Shown: piece by piece, positions 47,613 to 62,900 of the stretch
How the letters are laid out: each line of letters starts with the position of its first letter
Numbering within the stretch: position 1 is the stretch's first letter
NCBI RefSeq assembly: GCF_963921235.1
Contig: NC_086108.1
Location: 11,966,001-12,030,000, forward strand
Origin: Mobula hypostoma
Taxonomy: Eukaryota
Reading direction: 5' to 3'
Length of the DNA stretch: 64,000 nt
Program-made: the position numbers and the translations under genes
Notes under the pieces: generated by a model
Told to the model about the DNA's origin: nothing
What the model saw: only the letters and a program-made list of their open reading frames with translations
Database searches by the model: none

Positions 47613-50012
47613 TAAGCCATTCAATCGTGGAATCATTTCCATGAAGCTCCTTTGACTGCTCTCCTGTTACTGTACATCCTTTCTACTTTCTAAAATAAGG
47701 AGCCCAAACCTGCTCACAGTACTCCAAGTGAGGCCTCACCAGTGTTTTATAAAGTTTCAACATTGCATCCTTGCTTTTATATCCTAGCCCTCTTGAAATG
47801 AATGCTAACATTGCATTTGCCCTCCTCACCATAGACTCAACCAGCATGTTAACCTTTAAGGAATCCTGCATAAGGATTCCTAAGTCCCTTTGCATCTCAG
47901 TTTTTTGTATTTCCTCTCCATTTAGAAAATAGTCAACCCCTTTTTTTAGATTATGAGAACACTCAGTCCTCTTTTATTGTCATTTAGAAATGCATGCATG
48001 CATTAAGAAATGATGCAGTGTATCACTTCTTCTACCAAAGTGCATGACCATACACTTCCTGGCATTGTATTCCATCTGACATTTCCTTGCCCATTTTTCT
48101 AATCTGTCTAAGTCCTTCTGTAGCTTCTCTACTTCCTCAAAACTACCTGCTCCTTCACCTATCTTCATATCGTCTGCAAAGTCATCAATTCCATTATCCA
48201 AATCATTGAGGTATAAGGTAAAAAGAATTATACACGGACCCCAATGAAACGCCACAAGCCTCTAGCAGCCAGTCAGAAAAGGTTCCCGTTATTCCCACTC
48301 TTTAACTCCTGCCAGTCAGCCACTGTTTTATCCATGCTAATTTTTTCCTGAAATGCCATGGGCTCATAGCCTGTGAAGCAACCTCATCCATAGCATCTTG
48401 TCAAGGGCCTTTTGAAAGTCCAAGTACACAACATCAACTGATTCTCCTGTCTACCTTGTTTGTTACTTCTTCAAAGAATTCCAACAGATTTGTCAGACAA
48501 GTTTTTCCCTTGAGGAAACCATGCTGACTATGGCTCATGTGCCTCCAAGTACCCTAAGACCTCATCCTTAATAATCGACTCCAACATCTTCCCAGTCACT
48601 GAGGGCAGACTAACTGGCCTATGGTTTCCTTTTTTCTGCCTCTCTCCCTTCTTGAAGTGTGGATTGATATTTCCAATTTTCCAGTCTTCTGGAAACCATT
48701 CCAGAATCTAATGACTCTTGAAAGATCATGGGAAATGCTTCCACAATCTCTTCAGCCACCTCTTTCAGAACACTGGGGTGGACTCCATCTAGTCTAAGTG
48801 ACTTATTTACCTTCAGTCCTTTCAGTTTCCCAAGAACCTTCTCTCTAGTTATGGTAACTTCACACACTTCACGCATCCTCCCCCACCACCATACATAGTG
48901 TCTTCCCTGGTGAAGACTGACATAAATTACTTATTCAGTTCATCCTCTCTTTCGTTGCCCCCAGCACAGCATCATTCTCCAGTAGTCCAATATCCACTCT
49001 CGCCTCTCTTATACACTTTATGCGTCTGAAGAAACTTTTCGTATCCTCTTTAGTATTATTAGCAAGCTTACTTTTGTATTCCATCTTTACCTTCTTAATA
49101 ACTTTTTAGTTGCCTTCTTTTGGTTTTAAAAGCTTCCCAATCATCTAACTCCCATTAATCTTTGCTGTATTACAAGCCCTCTCTTTGGCTTTTATGTTGG
49201 CTTTGACTTTTCTTTTAGCCATTTTGTCATCCTTCTTTTAAGATACTTCTTCCTTTTTGTGAGGTATATATCCTGTGCCTTCCGAGTTTCTTCCAGAAAT
49301 TCCAGCCATTGTGCTCTGCCATCATCCCTACCAGTGTTCTTTACCAATCAATTCTGGCTAACTTCCCACTCATGGCTCTGTAATTCCCTTTATTGTACTG
49401 TAATACGGATACATGTGACTTTAGCTTCTCCTTATCAAATGCTGGAGTGAATTCGATCATGTTATAATCATTTGTCCCTAAGGGTTCTTTTACCTTAAGG
49501 TTTCTAATCAATTCCAGTTCATTGCACAACATCCAATTAAGAATAGCTGATCCTCCAGTGGGCTCAACCATGAGCTACTCTAAAAAGCCATCTTGAAGGC
49601 ACTCTAGAAATTTCCCCTGCTGTAACCCAGCACCAACCTGATTTTCCAATCTACCTGCATATTGAAGTCGGCTATGACTATTGCAATGTTGCTATTTTGG
49701 CGTGTATTTTTATCTCCTGTCATAATTTGTAGACAACATCTTTACTACTCTTCGGGGGTCCGTATACAGTACCCATCAGGGTGTTTTACCCTTGCAGTTC
49801 CTTAGCTCTATCCACAATGATTCAACACATTCCAACCCTATGTCATTTCTTCCTAATGATTTGTTTTCATTTTTTACCAGCAGAGCAATGCCACTCCCTC
49901 TGCCTTCCTGCCTGCCTTTCAATACAATGTGTATCCTTGGATATTAAACTTCCAGCTATAATCTTTCAGCCATGATTCTGTGATGCCTAATACATCATAC
50001 CTGTCAATCTGC
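47613..50012 (-). pseudogene. Decayed CR1 ORF2 (endonuclease to reverse transcriptase) lacking its 3' end
   Basis: VKEPLGTNDYNMIEF, DGVHPSVLKEVAEEI, FADDMKIG and LVRPHLEYCEQVWAP motifs with many frameshifts. Confidence 0.9.
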
Positions 50013-53000
50013 TATATCTAGATATTCAGTCCAACATGAAATGTCTGAGACTGCCACTCCAACATAAAATGTCAACTGAATGTCAGTCCAATGTGAAGGT
50101 CCAGACATTCAGCCCAACAAGAAACATCTGGAGGCTGACTGTCCAATGTGAAATGTCTAAAGATGGCTGCGAAACATGAAACAGCTGCAGGCTGTAAGTC
50201 CAACAAAAATGTCTACTGACTGTCAGTCCAACATGAAACGTCCACAGACATTCAGTGCACGATTAAATACCTACACCCAGAAAATCCAATAATAAATATC
50301 TACTGAACATAGGTCCAACAAAAAATATCTACATACCAGCAGTCCAATATGAAGCATCTACAGACTGTCAGTCTAATTTGAAATATCTGTAAGCTGCTAG
50401 TCCAACTTCAAATGGCTACAGGCTGCCGGGCAGGAATGAAATGATTACAGACAGCCAGACCAACGTAAAATGCCAATGGACTGGCAGACAAACATGGAAT
50501 GTCTACAGACAGCCAGTCCTACATGAAAAGTCTACTAACTACCAGTTCAACATGAAATGTCTACAACGAAATGCGTACTGACAGCCAGACATGAAATGTC
50601 TACAAACATCCAATCCGCTGTGAAATGTCTACACCTAGAAAATCGAATATTAAAAATCTACTGGGTGTCAGTCTGACAAAAATTATCTACCTACCAGCAT
50701 TCCAACATGAACTTTCGACAGATTTCAATTCCAATGTGAAATTTTGACAGACTGTCAATCGAACCTGAAATATCTGCAACCAACAGGCCCAACATGAACT
50801 GATGACCGGCTTACAGTCTGCATGTGCAATTTGAAATATCTGCAGTGAGTTCAACACGAAATGTTTAGATTGGCATTAAATGTCAACAGACCGCTAGCCC
50901 AACATAAAATTCCTACGGGCCAACAGTCAAATATGAAATAGCAAGACCCTGCAGTCCAACATGAAATGTCAGTACACCACAAGTCCAATGTGAAATGCCT
51001 ACTATCTGTCAGTCCAACATGAAATTTCTACAGGCATTCAGCTCAACAGGAAATGTCTACAGGATCTCAGTTCAAACAGGAAATGTCTACAGGATCTCAG
51101 TTCAAACAGGAAATGACTACAGGATCTCAGTTCAAACAGGAAATGACTACTGACTGGGAGCCTGACATGAAAAGTCTAGAGACAACCAGACCACCATGAA
51201 ATATATAGATACTGAAAATCCAAAATTATGCATCTACTGAAGGTCACTCTAACAAAATTGTCTACATACTGGAAGTCCAACAGGAAATGTCTACAAACTG
51301 TTCGCCCATATGAAATGCCTACAGGCAGCAATTCTAATATGAAATTCCACACGCTGTCAAATGAACCTGAAATGTCTAAAGACAGCCTGTCCAACATGAA
51401 ATATCAGAAGTGAGTTCAAGTGAAATCTCTGCAATCTCTGTCTGACATCAAATGACTAACGACCATCAGACCAACATGAAATACGTGCAGGCTCCAATAT
51501 AGAACGTTCACAAGATGAAATGCCTACAGCCATCCGGTCAGATATCAAATGTCAAGAATCTCCCGTCCAATATGAAAAGTCTACAAATTGTCAGCCCAAC
51601 ATGAAATGTCTACAGATGACCAGTCCGACATGAAATGTCTACAGAATGTCAGTCCAATATGAAGTAACTACAGACTGTCATTTGAACTTGAAATGTCTGC
51701 AGACTGCCAGTCCAACATGAAATGCAAACAGACTGCTAGCCCAAGATGAAGTGTCTAAAGACTTACAGTCCACCAAGAAATGTCTGCAGACTGTCAGTCC
51801 AACATGAAATGTCTACAAGCTGTCACTCCAGTGTGAATTGTCTACAGACTGTCAGACAACCATAAAATGTCTACAGACTGTCAGTCCAACATGAAATGTC
51901 TAAAGACTGTCAGTTCAATGTGAAATGTCGACAGACTGTCAGTTCAACATGGAAAAGTCCACAAACATTCAGTCCAATATGAAATGTCTACAGACTATGA
52001 GTCCCACTTAAAAAGTCAACAGACTGTCAGTCTAATATGAAATGTCCACAGACCATCAGTCCAACATGAAAAGTCAGCAGACAATCAGTCCAATATGAAA
52101 TGTCTACAGTCTGTCAGTCTAACTTCAGATGTCTGCAGATTGTCAGCCAATAATGAAAGATCTACAGAATGTCAGCCCAACATGAAATGTCTACAGATGA
52201 CCAGTCCGACATGAAATGTCTACAGAATGTCAGTCCAATATGAAGTAACTACAGACTGTCTTTTGAACTTGAAATGTCTGCAGACTGCCAGTCCAACATG
52301 AAATGCAAACAGACTGCTAGCCCAAGATGAAGTGTCTAAAGACTTACAGTCCACCAAGAAATGTCTGCAGACTGTCAGTCCAACATGAAATGTCTACAAG
52401 CTGTCACTCCAGTGTGAATTGTCTACAGACTGTCAGACAACCATAAAATGTCTACAGACTGTCAGTCCAACATGAAATGTCTAAAGACTGTCAGTTCAAT
52501 GTGAAATGTCGACAGACTGTCAGTTCAACATGGAAAAGTCCACAAACATTCAGTCCAATATGAAATGTCTACAGACTATGAGTCCCACTTAAAAAGTCAA
52601 CAGACTGTCAGTCTAATATGAAATGTCCACAGACCATCAGTCCAACATGAAAAGTCAGCAGACAATCAGTCCAATATGAAATGTCTACAGACTGTTAGTC
52701 CAACATGAAATGCTGTGAGACAGTCAGTCCAACATGAAATGTCTACAGACCGCCAATCCAACATGATATGTCAACAGACTAACAGTCCAAGATGAAATCT
52801 CGACAGACGTTCAGGCCATAAGAAATATCTGCAGATTGTCAGTCCAAGATGAAATAACTACAGCCTGTCATTTGAACTTGAAATGTCGACAGACTGACAG
52901 TCCAACATGAAATGACAACAGACTGTCAGTCTAACTTCAGATCCCTACAGACTTTTAGCCCAACATGAAATGTCTACAGATTGCCTGTTACACATGAAAT

Positions 53001-55613
53001 GTCTACAGACTGTTAGCCCAACATGAAATGTCTACAGATTACCTGATACACATGAAATGTCTACAGAATGTCAGTCCAATATGAAATGCGTACAAACTTT
53101 CAGTCCACAAAGAAATCTCTGCAGACAGTCAGTGGAACATGAAATGTCTACAGACTGTCAGTCCACTATGAAATATCTACAGACAGTCAGTCCAAAAAGA
53201 AATGTCAACAGTCGTTCAGTCCAACAAGAAATCTCGGTGGACAGTCAGTTGAACATGAAATGTCTGAAGACTGCCAGTCCAATATGAAAAGTATACAGAC
53301 TGTCAGCCCACCATAAAATATCTAAAGACAGTCAGTACAATGTGGAATGTATACAGACTGTCACTTCAACATGGAAAAGTCTACAGACTTTGAGCCTCTA
53401 TGAAATGTCTGCAGACCATCAGTCCAACATGAAAGGTCAAAAGACACTCAGTCCAATACGAAATGTCTACAGACTGTCAGACCAAAATGAAATGTCGAAA
53501 GACAGTCAGTCCAAAATGAAAAGTCTAGAGATGGCCAGTCCAATACGAAATGTCTAGAGACTGTCAGTCCAACATGGAATGTCTATAATCTTCCAGTCCA
53601 ACATGAAACGTCTACAGACTGCTAATCCAACATGATATGTCAACAGACTAACAATCCAAGATGAAATAACTACAGACTTTCAGTCCACCATGAAATGCCT
53701 GCAGACTGTCAGTCCAACATGAAATGTGTACAGACTGTCAATCTACCATGAAGTGCCTACAAACTGTAAGTCCAACATGGAATGTCTACAATTTTCCAGT
53801 CAAACATGAAATGTCTACAGACTGCCAATCCAACATGATATGTCAACAGACTAACAGTCCAAGAATCTCGACAGACATTCAGTCCACAAGAATAATCTGC
53901 AGAATGTCAGTCCAAGATGAAATAACTACAGCCTGTCATTTGAACATGAAATGTCAACAGACTGACAGTCCAAAATGAAATGTCTACAGACTGTCAGTCT
54001 AACTTCAGATCCCTACAGACTGTCAGCCCAACATGCAATGTCTACAGATTACTTGTTACACATGAGATGTCTACAGAATGACAGTCCAACATGAAATGTC
54101 TACAGGCTGTCAGTACAATGTGGAATAACTTCACACTGTCAGACAAACATGAAATCTCTACAGTCCAAAATGAAATGCCTGCAGACAGTCAGTACAACGT
54201 GAAATGTCTAGACACTGCCAGTCCAACATGTAATCTCAACAGACTGCCTGTGCAAGATGAAATGACTACAGGCTTTCAGGCCACCATAAAATGCCTGCCG
54301 ACTGTCATTTCAACATGAACTGTTAATGACTGGCAGTCCACCATGAAGTGTCTACAGACTGGCAGCCAAACATAGAATGTCTACAGCCTGTCAGCACACC
54401 ATGAAATATCTACGCACTGTCAGTCAAAATGAAATGTCTACTGTCTGTACAACAGGCAATGTCTCCAGACTGTCAGTTCAAAATAAAATGATTACAGACT
54501 GTTAGACCACCATGTAATGTCTACAGACTGTCAGTCCACCATGAAAAGTCTGTAGGCTGTCATTCTAACTTGAAATGTCTACAGACTTTGAGTCCACCAA
54601 AAAATGTCTGCAGCCTCTCAGCCCAACATGAAATGTCTTCAGTTGTCGGCCCAACATGAAATCTCTACAGACTGTCAGTGGAACATGAAATCTCTACAGA
54701 CTGTCGGTCCTATATGAAAAGTCTACAGTCTATCAGGCCAAATTCAGAAGTCTGCAGATTGTCAATCCACCATGAAATGTCTATAGACCGTCAGTCCACC
54801 ATGAAATGTCTGCAATAATCAAGTCCAACATGAAATGCCAACAGACTGCCAGTCCAAGACAAAATGTCTGCAGACTTTCAGTCCACAAAGAAATGACTGC
54901 AGACTGTCAGTCCAAAATGAAATGTCCACAGACAGTCAATACAACAAGAAGTGTCTAGAGACTGCCAGTCCAACATTAAATCTCAACAGACTGCCTATCC
55001 AAGATGAAATGACTACAGACTTTCAGGCCACCATGAAATGCCTGCAGACTGTCAGTCCAACATAGAATGCCTATCATCTTCCAGTCAACATGAAATGTCT
55101 ACAGACAGTCAGTCCAACATGAAATTTCAGCAGACTGCCAATCCAACATGAAATTTCTACAGACTACCAGTCCAACATGAAATCTCAATAGACTGCCAGT
55201 CGAAGATGAAATGTCTACAGACTGTCAGTCCACCATGACATGTCTACAGGGTGTTACTCAAACATGGAATGTCAACAGACTTCATGTCCAACGTGAAATG
55301 TCTACAGACTGTCAGTCCAACATGAAATCTCTACAGACTGCTAGTCTACCATGAAAAGTCTACGGACTGTCAGTCCACCATGAAATATTTACAGACTGTT
55401 AGTCCAATATGAAAGCTCCACAGACTGTCGTACAACATGGAATGTCAACTGACTGCCAGTCCAAAATGAAATGTCGATAGACAGTCCATCCAACATGAAA
55501 TGTCTACTGTCAGTGTAACATACAATATCTAAGACTCAGTCCATAATGAAATATCTTCTGAATGTCACCCCAAAGTGAAATATCTACAGACTGTCAGTCC
55601 TATATAAACAGTC

Positions 55614-56921
55614 ACAAGATCACAAGACAAAGGAGCAGAAGTAGGCCATTCAGCCCATCGAGTCTGCTCCGCAGCTCCCCCATGAGCTAAGCTATTCACC
55701 CATCTAGTTCCAGTTTCCAGCCTTTTCCCCATATCCCTTGATACCCTGACTAATTAGATACCTGCCAATCTCCTCCTTATACACCCTCAATGATCAGGCC
55801 TCCACAGCTGTATGTGGCAACGAATTCCACAAATCCACGACCCTCTGGCTAAAAAAATTTCTCCTCATCTCTGTTTTAACTGGTTACCCTCTAATTCTAA
55901 GACTATGGCCTCTTGTCCTGGACTCACCCACCAAGGGAAACAACCTTTCCACATCTACTCTGTCCAACCCTTTCAACATTCGAAACGTTTCTATGAGATC
56001 CCCTCTCATTCTTCTATACTCTAATGAATACAATCCAAGAGCTGACAAACGCTCCTCATATGTTAGCCCCTGCATTCCAAGAATCATCCTCGTAAATCTT
56101 CTCTGAACTCTCTCCAACATCAGTACATCCTTTCTAAGATAGGGGGCCAAAACTGCACACAGTATTCCAAATGACGTCTCACTAATGCCCCATAGAGCCT
56201 CATCAACACCTCCTTATTCTTATACACCCTTCCTCTTGAAATGAATGCCAACATAGCATTCGCTTTCCTTACCGCTAATCCAACTTGGTGGTTAACCTTT
56301 AGGGTATCCTGCACGAGGACCCCCAAGTCCATTTGCACTTCCGATTTTTGAATTTTCTCCCCATCTAAATAATAATCTGCCCTATTATTTCTTCTTCCGA
56401 AATGTACAACTGTACTCTTGTCAACGTTGTATCTCATCTGCCATTTCTTTGCCCACTCTCCTAAACTAACTAAGTCTCTCTGCAACCTTTCCGTTTCTTC
56501 AACATTTCCTGCTCCTCCACCTACCTTGGTGTTATCCGCAAACTTAGCCACAAAACCATTTAATCCATAATCCAAATCATCGATATACATCATAAAAAGA
56601 TGCGGCCCCAACACCGACCCCTGCGGAACACCACTAGTAACTGGCAACCAATCAGAATAGGATCCCTTTATTCCCACCCTTTGCTTTCTGCCTATCAGCC
56701 AATGCTCCACCCATTTCAATATTTTTCCTATAATTCCATGGGCTCTCATCTTATTAAGCAGCCTCATATGGGGCACCTTATCGAAGGCCTTTTGAAAATC
56801 AAAATACACATCATCCACAGCCTCTCCCTTGTCAATCTTATTCGAGATTACCTCAAAAAATTCCAATAGGTTGGTGAGGCAGGATCTTCCCTTCCCTTCA
56901 TGAAACCATGCTGGCTTCAGC
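55614..56921 (-). pseudogene. 5'-truncated, well-preserved CR1 reverse transcriptase insertion with TSD
   Basis: YFDFQKAFDKVPH, GVPQGSVLGP and KFADNTK motifs; (TCTTGTGA)n tail; CTGTCAGTCCTATATAAAC duplicated at 55591 and 56922. Confidence 0.93.
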
Positions 56922-59900
56922 CTGTCAGTCCTATATAAACTGTCTACAGACTGTCAGTCCAAATTCAGAAGCCTGCCGATTGTCAATCCACCATGAAATG
57001 TCCACAGACTGCCAGACGACCATGAAATGTCTGCAATATTCCAAGTCCAACATGAAATGTCTACAGACTATCAGCCCACCATGAAATGACTACAGATTGC
57101 CAGTCCAAGACAAAATGTCTGCAGACTTTCAGTCCACAAAGAAATGACTACAGTCTGTCTGTCCAAAATGAAATGTCGAAAAGCAGACTGTCAGTCCAAA
57201 ATGAAATGTCGAAAAGCAGACTGTCAGTCCAAAATGAAATGTCGAAAAGCAGACTGTCAGTCCAAAATGAAATGTCCACAGACAGTCAGTACAACATGAA
57301 ATGTCTAGAGACTGCCAGTCCAACATGAAATCTCAACAGACTGCCTGTCCAAGATGAAATGACTACAGGGTTTCAGGCCACCATGAAATGTCTACAGACA
57401 GTCAGTCCAACATGAAATTTCTACAGACTACCAGTCCAACATGAAATCTCAACTGACTGCCAGTCCAAGATGAAATGTCTACAGACTGTCAGTACACCAT
57501 GACATGTCTACAGGGTGAGGGTGTTACTCAAACATGACATGTCTTTCGGCTGTCACTCCAATGTGAAATGTCTACAGACTGTCAGTCCAACGTGGAATGT
57601 CAACAGACTTCACATCCACCATGGAATGTCTACAGACTGTCAGCCCACTATGAAATGTCTACAAACTATCAGTCCTACATGAAAAGTCAACAAACTGTCA
57701 GTCCCTTATGAAATGTGTTTAGGCTGTCAGTCCAACATGAAAAGTCTGTAGATAGTCAGTCCAAAATGAAATTTCTACACACCATCAGCCCAACATGAAA
57801 TATCTACAAACTGTCAGTCCAACATAAAATGTCTGCAGAATGCCAGCCCAACATGAAATGCAAACAGTCTGCTAGTTCAAGATAAAGTGACCCAAACATT
57901 CAGCCCCACACGAAATGTCTGCAGTCTGTCAGTCCACCATGAAATGTTTACAATAATCCAGTCCAACATGAAATGACTACAGACTACAGTCCAACATGAA
58001 ATGCCAACAGACTGCCAGTCCAAGACTAAACGTCTGAAGACTTTCACTCCACAAAGAAATGACTGCAGACTGTCAGTCCAAAATGAAATGTCTACAGACA
58101 GTCAGTACAACATGAAATGTCTAGAGACTGCAACTAACATGAAATCTCAACATACTGCCTGTCCAAGATGAAATGGCTACAGACTTTCAGGCCACCATGC
58201 AATGCCTGCAGACTGTTATTCTAATATGGAATGCCTATCGTTTTCCAGTCAACATGAAATGTCTACAGTCAGTCAGTCCAACATGAAATTTCTGCAGACT
58301 GCCAATCCAACATGAAATTTCTACAGACTACCAGTCCACCATGAAATCTCAACAGACTGCCAGTCCGAGATGAAATGTCTACAGACTGTCAGTCCACCAT
58401 GACATGTCTACAGGATGTTACTCAAACGTGAAATGTCTTTCGGCTGTCACTCCAATGTGAAATGTCCACAGGCTGTCAGTCCAACGTGGAATGTCAACAA
58501 ACTTCATGTCCAACATGAAATGTCTACAGACTGTCAGTCCACCAGGAAATATCTACAGATTGTTAGTCCAGTATGAAAGCTCTACAGACTGTCGTTTCAC
58601 ATGGAATGTCAACAGACTCCCTGTCCAAAATGAAATGTCGACAGACAGTCCATCCCACATGAAATGTCTACTGTCAGTGCAACATACAATATTTAAGACT
58701 CAGTCCAAAATGAAATATCTTCTGAATGTCACCCTAATGTGAATTGTCTACAGATAGTCAGTCCAAATTCAGAAGTCTGTCGATTGTGAATCCACCATGA
58801 AATGTCCACACTGTCGGACCACCATGAAATGACTGCAATATTCCAGTCCAACATGAAATGTCTACAGACTACCAGTCCAACATGAAATGTCAACAGACTG
58901 CCAGTCCAAGACAAAATGTCTGCAGACTTTCAGTCCACAAAAAAATGTTTGCAGACTGTCAGTCCAAAATGAAATGCCTACAGACAGTCAGTACAACAGG
59001 AAATGTATAGAGACTGCCAGTCCAACATGAAATCTCAACAGACTGCATGTCGAAGATAAAATGACTACAGGCTTTCAAACCACCATGAAATGCTTGCAGA
59101 CTGTCAGTCCAACATGAACTGTTAATGACTGTCTGTCCACTATGAAGTGACGACAGACTGTCAGTCCAACATGGAAAGTCTACAGACCGTCAATCAACCA
59201 TGAATAGTCTACAGACTATCAGTCCACCATGAAATATCCACACACTGTCATTCAACATGAAATGTCTACAGTCTGTACAACAGGCAAAGTCTCCAGACTG
59301 TCAGTCCAACATAAAATGATTACAGACTGTTAGACTACCAGGAAATATCTACAGACTGTCAGTCCACCATGAATCGTCTATAGACTGTCAGTCCAACTTG
59401 AAATGTCTACAGACCTTCAGTCCACCAAGAAATGTCTGCAACTTCTCAGACCAACATGAAATGTATTCAGTTGTCAGTACACCATGAAATGTCTACTGTC
59501 TATCTCCAACGTGGAATGTCAACAGACTGCAAGTCCAGCATGAAATGTCTACAGACAGTCAGTCTGCCATGACTTGTCTAAAGGGTGTCACTCCAACTTG
59601 AAATGTCTACAGACTTACAGTCCACCAAGAAATTTCTGCAGCCTCTCAGCCCAACATGAGATGTGTTCAGTTGTCAGTCCACCATGAAATGTCTAGAGTC
59701 TATCAGTACAACAGGAAATGTCTACAGGGTGTCATTCCAACGTTGAATGTCTACAGGCTGTCACTCCAATGTGAAATGTCTTCAGACGGTCAGTCCACCA
59801 AGAAATGTCTACAGACTGTCAGTCTGCTGTAAAATATCTACAGACTGTCAGTCCACCATGAAGTCTCTACAGACTGTCAGTCAAACATGGAATGTCTACA

Positions 59901-62900
59901 GACTGTGAGTCAACCATGAAATATCCACACACTGTCAGTCAACATGAAATGCCTACAGTCTGTACAACAGGCAATGTCTCCAGACTGTCAGTCCACCATG
60001 AAGTCTCTACAGACTGTCAGTCAAACATGGAATGTCTACAGACTGTGAGTCAACCATGAAATATCCACACACTGTCAGTCAACATGAAATGCCTACAGTC
60101 TGTACAACAGGCAATGTCTCCAGACTGTCAGTCCAACATAAAATGATTATGTTAGACCACCATGAAGTGTCTACAGACTGTCAGTCCACAATGAAATGTC
60201 TGCAGCCTCTCAGACCAACATGAAATAACTTCAGTTGTCAGTCCACCATGAAATGTCTACAGACTGCCAGTCCAACGTGAAATCCCAACAGACTGCAGTC
60301 CAAGATGAAATGTCTACAGACTGTCAGTTCACCATTTCATGTCTACAGACTGTCCACTGTAAAATGTCTACAAACTGTCAGTCCATCATGGAAAAGTCTA
60401 AAGACTTCCTCTCCAATATGAAATGTATACAGACTATCAGTCCAATATGGAAAAGTCTACAGACTGTTAGTCAAACTTGAAATGTCTACTGACTGTCAGT
60501 CCAACTTCAGATGTCTGCAGATAGTCAGTCCAACTTCAGATGTCTGCAGACTGACAGTCCTTAATGAAAGGTTTACAGAATGTCAGCCTAACATGAAATG
60601 TCTGATGATTATCAGTCCAACATGAAATATCTACACATTGTCATTCGAACATGCTATATTAACACTCTGTCAGTTCAGCATGAAATGTCTACAGTCAGTA
60701 CAACAGGCAATGTCTCTAGACTGTCCTTCCAACATAACATGATTACAGAATGTTAGATCACCATGAAATGTCGACAGAATGTCAGTCCACCACGAAATGT
60801 CTGCAGACTCTCAGCCCAACTTGAAATGTCTACAGTTGTCAGTCCACCATGAAGTGTCTACGGTCAATCAGTCCAACATGGAATGTCAACTGACTTCAAG
60901 TCCAACATGACATGTCTACACACTATCAGTCCAACATGACATGTCTACACACTGTCAGTCTACCATGAAAAGTCTACAGGCTGTCAGTCCACCATGAAAT
61001 ATCTACAGACTGTCGTTCAACATGGAAAAGACTACAGACATCCAGTCCAGTATGAAATGTCTACAGACTATCAGTCCTACATGAAAAGTCAACGGACTGT
61101 CAGTCCTTTATGAAATGTCTTTAGACTGTCAGTCCAACATGAAAAGTCGTTAGATAGTCAGTTCCAAAATAAATTTCTATAGACCATAAGCCCAACACGA
61201 AATGTCTACAAACTGTCAGTCCAACATGAAATGTCTGCAGACTACCAGTCCAACATGAAGTATAAACAGTCTGCTAATCCAAGATGAAGTGTCTCAAGAC
61301 TTTCAGTCCACCAAGAAATGTCTGCAGACTGTCAGTACAACATGAAATGTCTACAGTCTGTCAGTACAACGTGGAATGACTGCACACTGTCAGACAACCA
61401 TGAAATGTCTACAAAATGTCAGTCCAACAGGCAATGTCTCCAGATGGTCATTTCAACATAAAATAATTACAGACGGTTAGATCACCATGAAATGTCTACA
61501 GACTCTCAGTCCACTACGAAATGTCTGCAGACTCTAAGCCCAACATGAAATGTCTACAGTCTGTCAGTCCAACATGAAATCTCTACAGACTGTCAGTGGA
61601 ACATGAAATCTCTACAGACTGTCAGTCCTATATGAAAATTCTACAGACTATCAGGCCAAATTCAGATGTCTGCAGATTGTCAATCCACCATGAAATGTCA
61701 ACAGACTGTCATTCCAGCATGAAATGCCTGCAATATTCCAGTCCAACATGAAATGTCTACAGACTATCAATCCACCATGAAATGATGACAGACTGCCAGT
61801 CCAACATGAAATGGCAACAGTCTGCCAGTCCAGGACAAACAGACTGAAGACTTTCAGTCCACAAAGGAATGACTGCAGACTGTCAGTCCAACATGAAATG
61901 CCTGCAGACTACCAATCCAATATGAAATGGCAACAGACTGCCAGTCCAAGACAAAATGTCTACAGACTTTCAGTCCACAAAGAAATGACTGTAGACTGTC
62001 AATCCAAAATGAAATGTTGAGAAACAGACAGTCTAAAATTAAATGTCTGCAGACAGTCAATACAACATGAAAGCTCAACAGACTGCCTGTCCAAGATGAA
62101 ATGACTACAGGCTTTCAGGCCACCATGAACTGCCTGCAGACAGTCCAACATGAACTGTTAATGACTGTCAATCCACCATGAAGTGACTACAGATTGCTAT
62201 TCCAACATGCAATGTTTACAGACTATCAGTCCACCATGAAATATCCATTGTCAGTCAACATGAAATGGCTACAGTCTGTACCACATGCAATGTCTGCAGA
62301 CTGTCAGTCCAACATAAAAAGATTACAGACTGTTAGACCACCATGAAATGTGTACGGATTGTCAGTCCAGCATGAAACGTCTATAGACAGTCAGTCAAAC
62401 TTGAAATGTCTACAGACTTTCAGTCCACCAAGAAATGTCTGCAGCCTCTCAGCCCAACATGAAATGTCTACAGACTGCCAGTCCAACATGTAATCTCAAC
62501 AGACTGCCAGTCCAAGGTGAAATGTCTACAGACTGCCAGTCCAAGATGAAATGTCTACAGACTGTCAGTCCACCATGGCATGCCTACAGGGTGTCACTCC
62601 AATGTGAAATGTCTACAGACTGTCAGTCCACTACGAAATGTGTACAAACTGTCAGTCTAACTTAAAATGTCTACAGACTTTCAGTCCACCAAGAAATGTC
62701 TGTAGCCTCTCAGCCCAACATGAAATGTCATCAGTTGTCAGTCCACCATGAAATGTCTACAGACTATCAGTCCAACATGGAATGTCAACAGACTGTCAGT
62801 CCAACATGAAATCTCGACAGACTGTTAGCCCTATATGAAAAGTCTACAGACTATCAGGCCAAACTCAGAAGTCAGCAGATTGTCAATCCACCATGAAATG

